Source: Terriglobia bacterium (GTDB lineage Bacteria > Acidobacteriota > Terriglobia > 2-12-FULL-54-10). Taken from it: a DNA stretch of 64,000 nt. The stretch's first letter is position 1, and the number at the start of each line of letters is the position of its first letter. The notes beneath the pieces were generated by a model that was not told where the DNA came from, searched no databases, and was given only the letters and a program-made list of their open reading frames with translations. This document shows positions 62,364 to 64,000 of the stretch, piece after piece. Both the position numbers and the translations under genes were made by a program. The stretch spans positions 576,001 through 640,000 of the forward strand of contig CAXVYR010000003.1 in assembly GCA_963666975.2 (NCBI GenBank). Direction: 5' to 3'.

Positions 62364-63781
62364 GAAGGTGTCCCAAACTCAGTTGCAGGTTGGGACGGCG
62401 GGTTGAGTTCATATTACGCCACTTTCTCCTTGTGAGAGGAAGCAGCGTTTGGACTTCGGCCGAGAATCGATGCCAAAGCCCAGAGATCGTGATAACCCAT
62501 GATCTTCCGGAAATTCTTCTCGGTCAGCAGAAACGCTCCTGCCACCCAGCGCAACGTCATCTCGCCGTCGCGCCAGCGGCAAACATTGCCAGTCTTTTTC
62601 CGCACGCCCGACTGCGGGCTCTCGATGAGGTTCGTGGTTGCCAGGCAGCGGTGGAGGCTGGGAGGAACGTCGGCTCGATTGATCGTAAAGGTCTCCTCCA
62701 ACCCTTCGCGCAAGCTGGCGGCTGCTGCCGGATGATCGCACTCGATCATCCCAGCGAGCTTTTTTATGCGCACGATGCCTTCCTCGGCTTGGGGCAATCG
62801 CCAGGCGGCGCGCATCAGCGACCGCACCTGATTCGCCAGCATTTTGTCGCCCTTTGGTAACCGCTCAGCCACGTTGCGCAGCTTATGAGTACGGCAACGC
62901 TGCACCAGCTGATTGCTGCCGAATACTTCCTCGATCCCCGCGCGGAGCGCTTTGGCGCCGTCGATCACAAACAGATAGCGCTGATCCGTGCGCAAACCTT
63001 GCTGGCGCAGGCGGGTGAGAAGGTCTTTCACCGCAGCGGCGTTTTCGGTCGCGCCCAGTTGAATCCCCAGCACATGCTTGCGGCCCTCGATGTCCACGCC
63101 CACGGCGCTGATGACGTGGTGGGAGCCGAACCGCATTCCGTCCAGGTAAATCACCAGAATCTCGACCTCCTCCCAGCGCCGCGCCAACAGTTCTTCCAGC
63201 CGCCGCGCTCCTTGCTCGGCCGCTTCCCGGCTCACCTGAGACTTCGACACCCCAGCGCTGTTGGCCATCTCCGGGATCACCTCGCGGTAGTTCCGCGTCG
63301 AAACCCCTTTCAACAGTGCCTCGAACATCTCCTCGCCCGTCTTCTCGCTTTTCCGCAGTGCTTCGTAGGCCGGCACCGCTTCTTCCCCTCCGCCCTTCCG
63401 GCGCAGCCGGGGCCGCTCCACCCGCAGCTGGCGATCGGCCAGTTTCACCCTCCCCAATTGCCGGCCATGCCAGCGCACCTCTCCGCTCGCCTTCCCGGGA
63501 CTCTTTGGCCCCGCGATTTGCTCTGCGCTCATGCTCAGAATCGTTTCAATCAAACCTCGCCCGGCCCGATCAATCACCTCATCCACCGCCAGACGCGCCT
63601 CCGTGATCAGATCCACCACCGGCAACAGCATCTGTCCGTTGGTTTGGCAAAACTTCTGGATGGTTTCTTCGGCTCCCTTGGAACCCAGTTCCAAAACGTG
63701 ATATTTTCCCTTCATTCGGCGGTTCTCCTTCTATAGGATTTAGGCTTGGCCCGATTCTATTCGATTCGGGCCGAACCGCCG
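62364..63781 (-). mobile_element. IS256-family element, copy 3 (lacks about 30 bp at the transposase-upstream end)
   Basis: Begins GAAGGTGTCCCAAAC and ends at CCGAACCGCCG, without TTCAACCTTCAACTATGTATGGGACACCCTC. Confidence 0.92.
62414..63715 (-). CDS. IS256-family transposase
   Basis: Differs from the other copies by two residues (RLAVDE, GVDIEG). Confidence 0.95.
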   Translation of the reverse strand: MKGKYHVLELGSKGAEETIQKFCQTNGQMLLPVVDLITEARLAVDEVIDRAGRGLIETILSMSAEQIAGPKSPGKASGEVRWHGRQLGRVKLADRQLRVERPRLRRKGGGEEAVPAYEALRKSEKTGEEMFEALLKGVSTRNYREVIPEMANSAGVSKSQVSREAAEQGARRLEELLARRWEEVEILVIYLDGMRFGSHHVISAVGVDIEGRKHVLGIQLGATENAAAVKDLLTRLRQQGLRTDQRYLFVIDGAKALRAGIEEVFGSNQLVQRCRTHKLRNVAERLPKGDKMLANQVRSLMRAAWRLPQAEEGIVRIKKLAGMIECDHPAAAASLREGLEETFTINRADVPPSLHRCLATTNLIESPQSGVRKKTGNVCRWRDGEMTLRWVAGAFLLTEKNFRKIMGYHDLWALASILGRSPNAASSHKEKVA

Positions 63782-64000
63782 GAAACAAAACTGCCCACTC
63801 CCTCGGTAGGCAGGATTCAAGGCCATTACATGGGAGGTTTATATCTATGAGTTCATTTACCGGGAATACATTTTCAGGACAGGCGAGAACCTTCGCTGTT
63901 CAGCCAGAGACGCTCGTATCTCTGGAAGAGAAACTTCGCCACCGGATTTGTCCCGTGTGCGTTGATCGAGATGTAGATGGGACATGCAGCCGGGACGAGC

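Larger units (their letters stand above)
62269..63871. repeat. 91-bp direct repeat (62269-62359 and 63781-63871) flanking IS256 copy 3
   Basis: GGAAACAAAACTGCCCACTCCC...CCGGGAATACAT occurs twice. Confidence 0.92.

Noticed and set aside
63872-64000. Gene end at the window edge
   Set aside because: Too short to assign a frame or product.

Overview
GC-rich bacterial chromosome segment; gene content and order suggest Acidobacteriota (inference). Core genes: a complex I operon (nuoA-C-D-E-F-G-H-J-K-L-M, with no nuoB or nuoI), thiS, ribA, a LytS-type kinase, peptidoglycan-recycling genes (nagZ-anmK-peptide-binding protein), two ABC exporter halves, an MqnC-like radical SAM gene, bioBFAD, recA, a stand-alone atpD-atpC pair, an FKBP PPIase, transaldolase and ccmB-E-F-H. 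Accessory material: one IS4 and three near-identical IS256 copies, an AT-richer Na/Pi transporter-PhoU module beside a phoU remnant and an OprO/P porin, a UbiD plus two family-III CoA-transferase cluster resembling the anaerobic phthalate activation/decarboxylation module, a PLD-like plus Zn-ribbon/HEPN gene pair, and several families of REP/MITE-like inverted repeats. The most novel-looking signal is a GxxExxY (PD-(D/E)XK) nuclease gene bounded by inverted CACAGAG-repeat arms, with gene-less hairpin copies of the same arms in the two neighbouring gene junctions. Two frameshifts and two IS-associated duplications may be assembly artefacts. No CRISPR array, tRNA or rRNA was seen.
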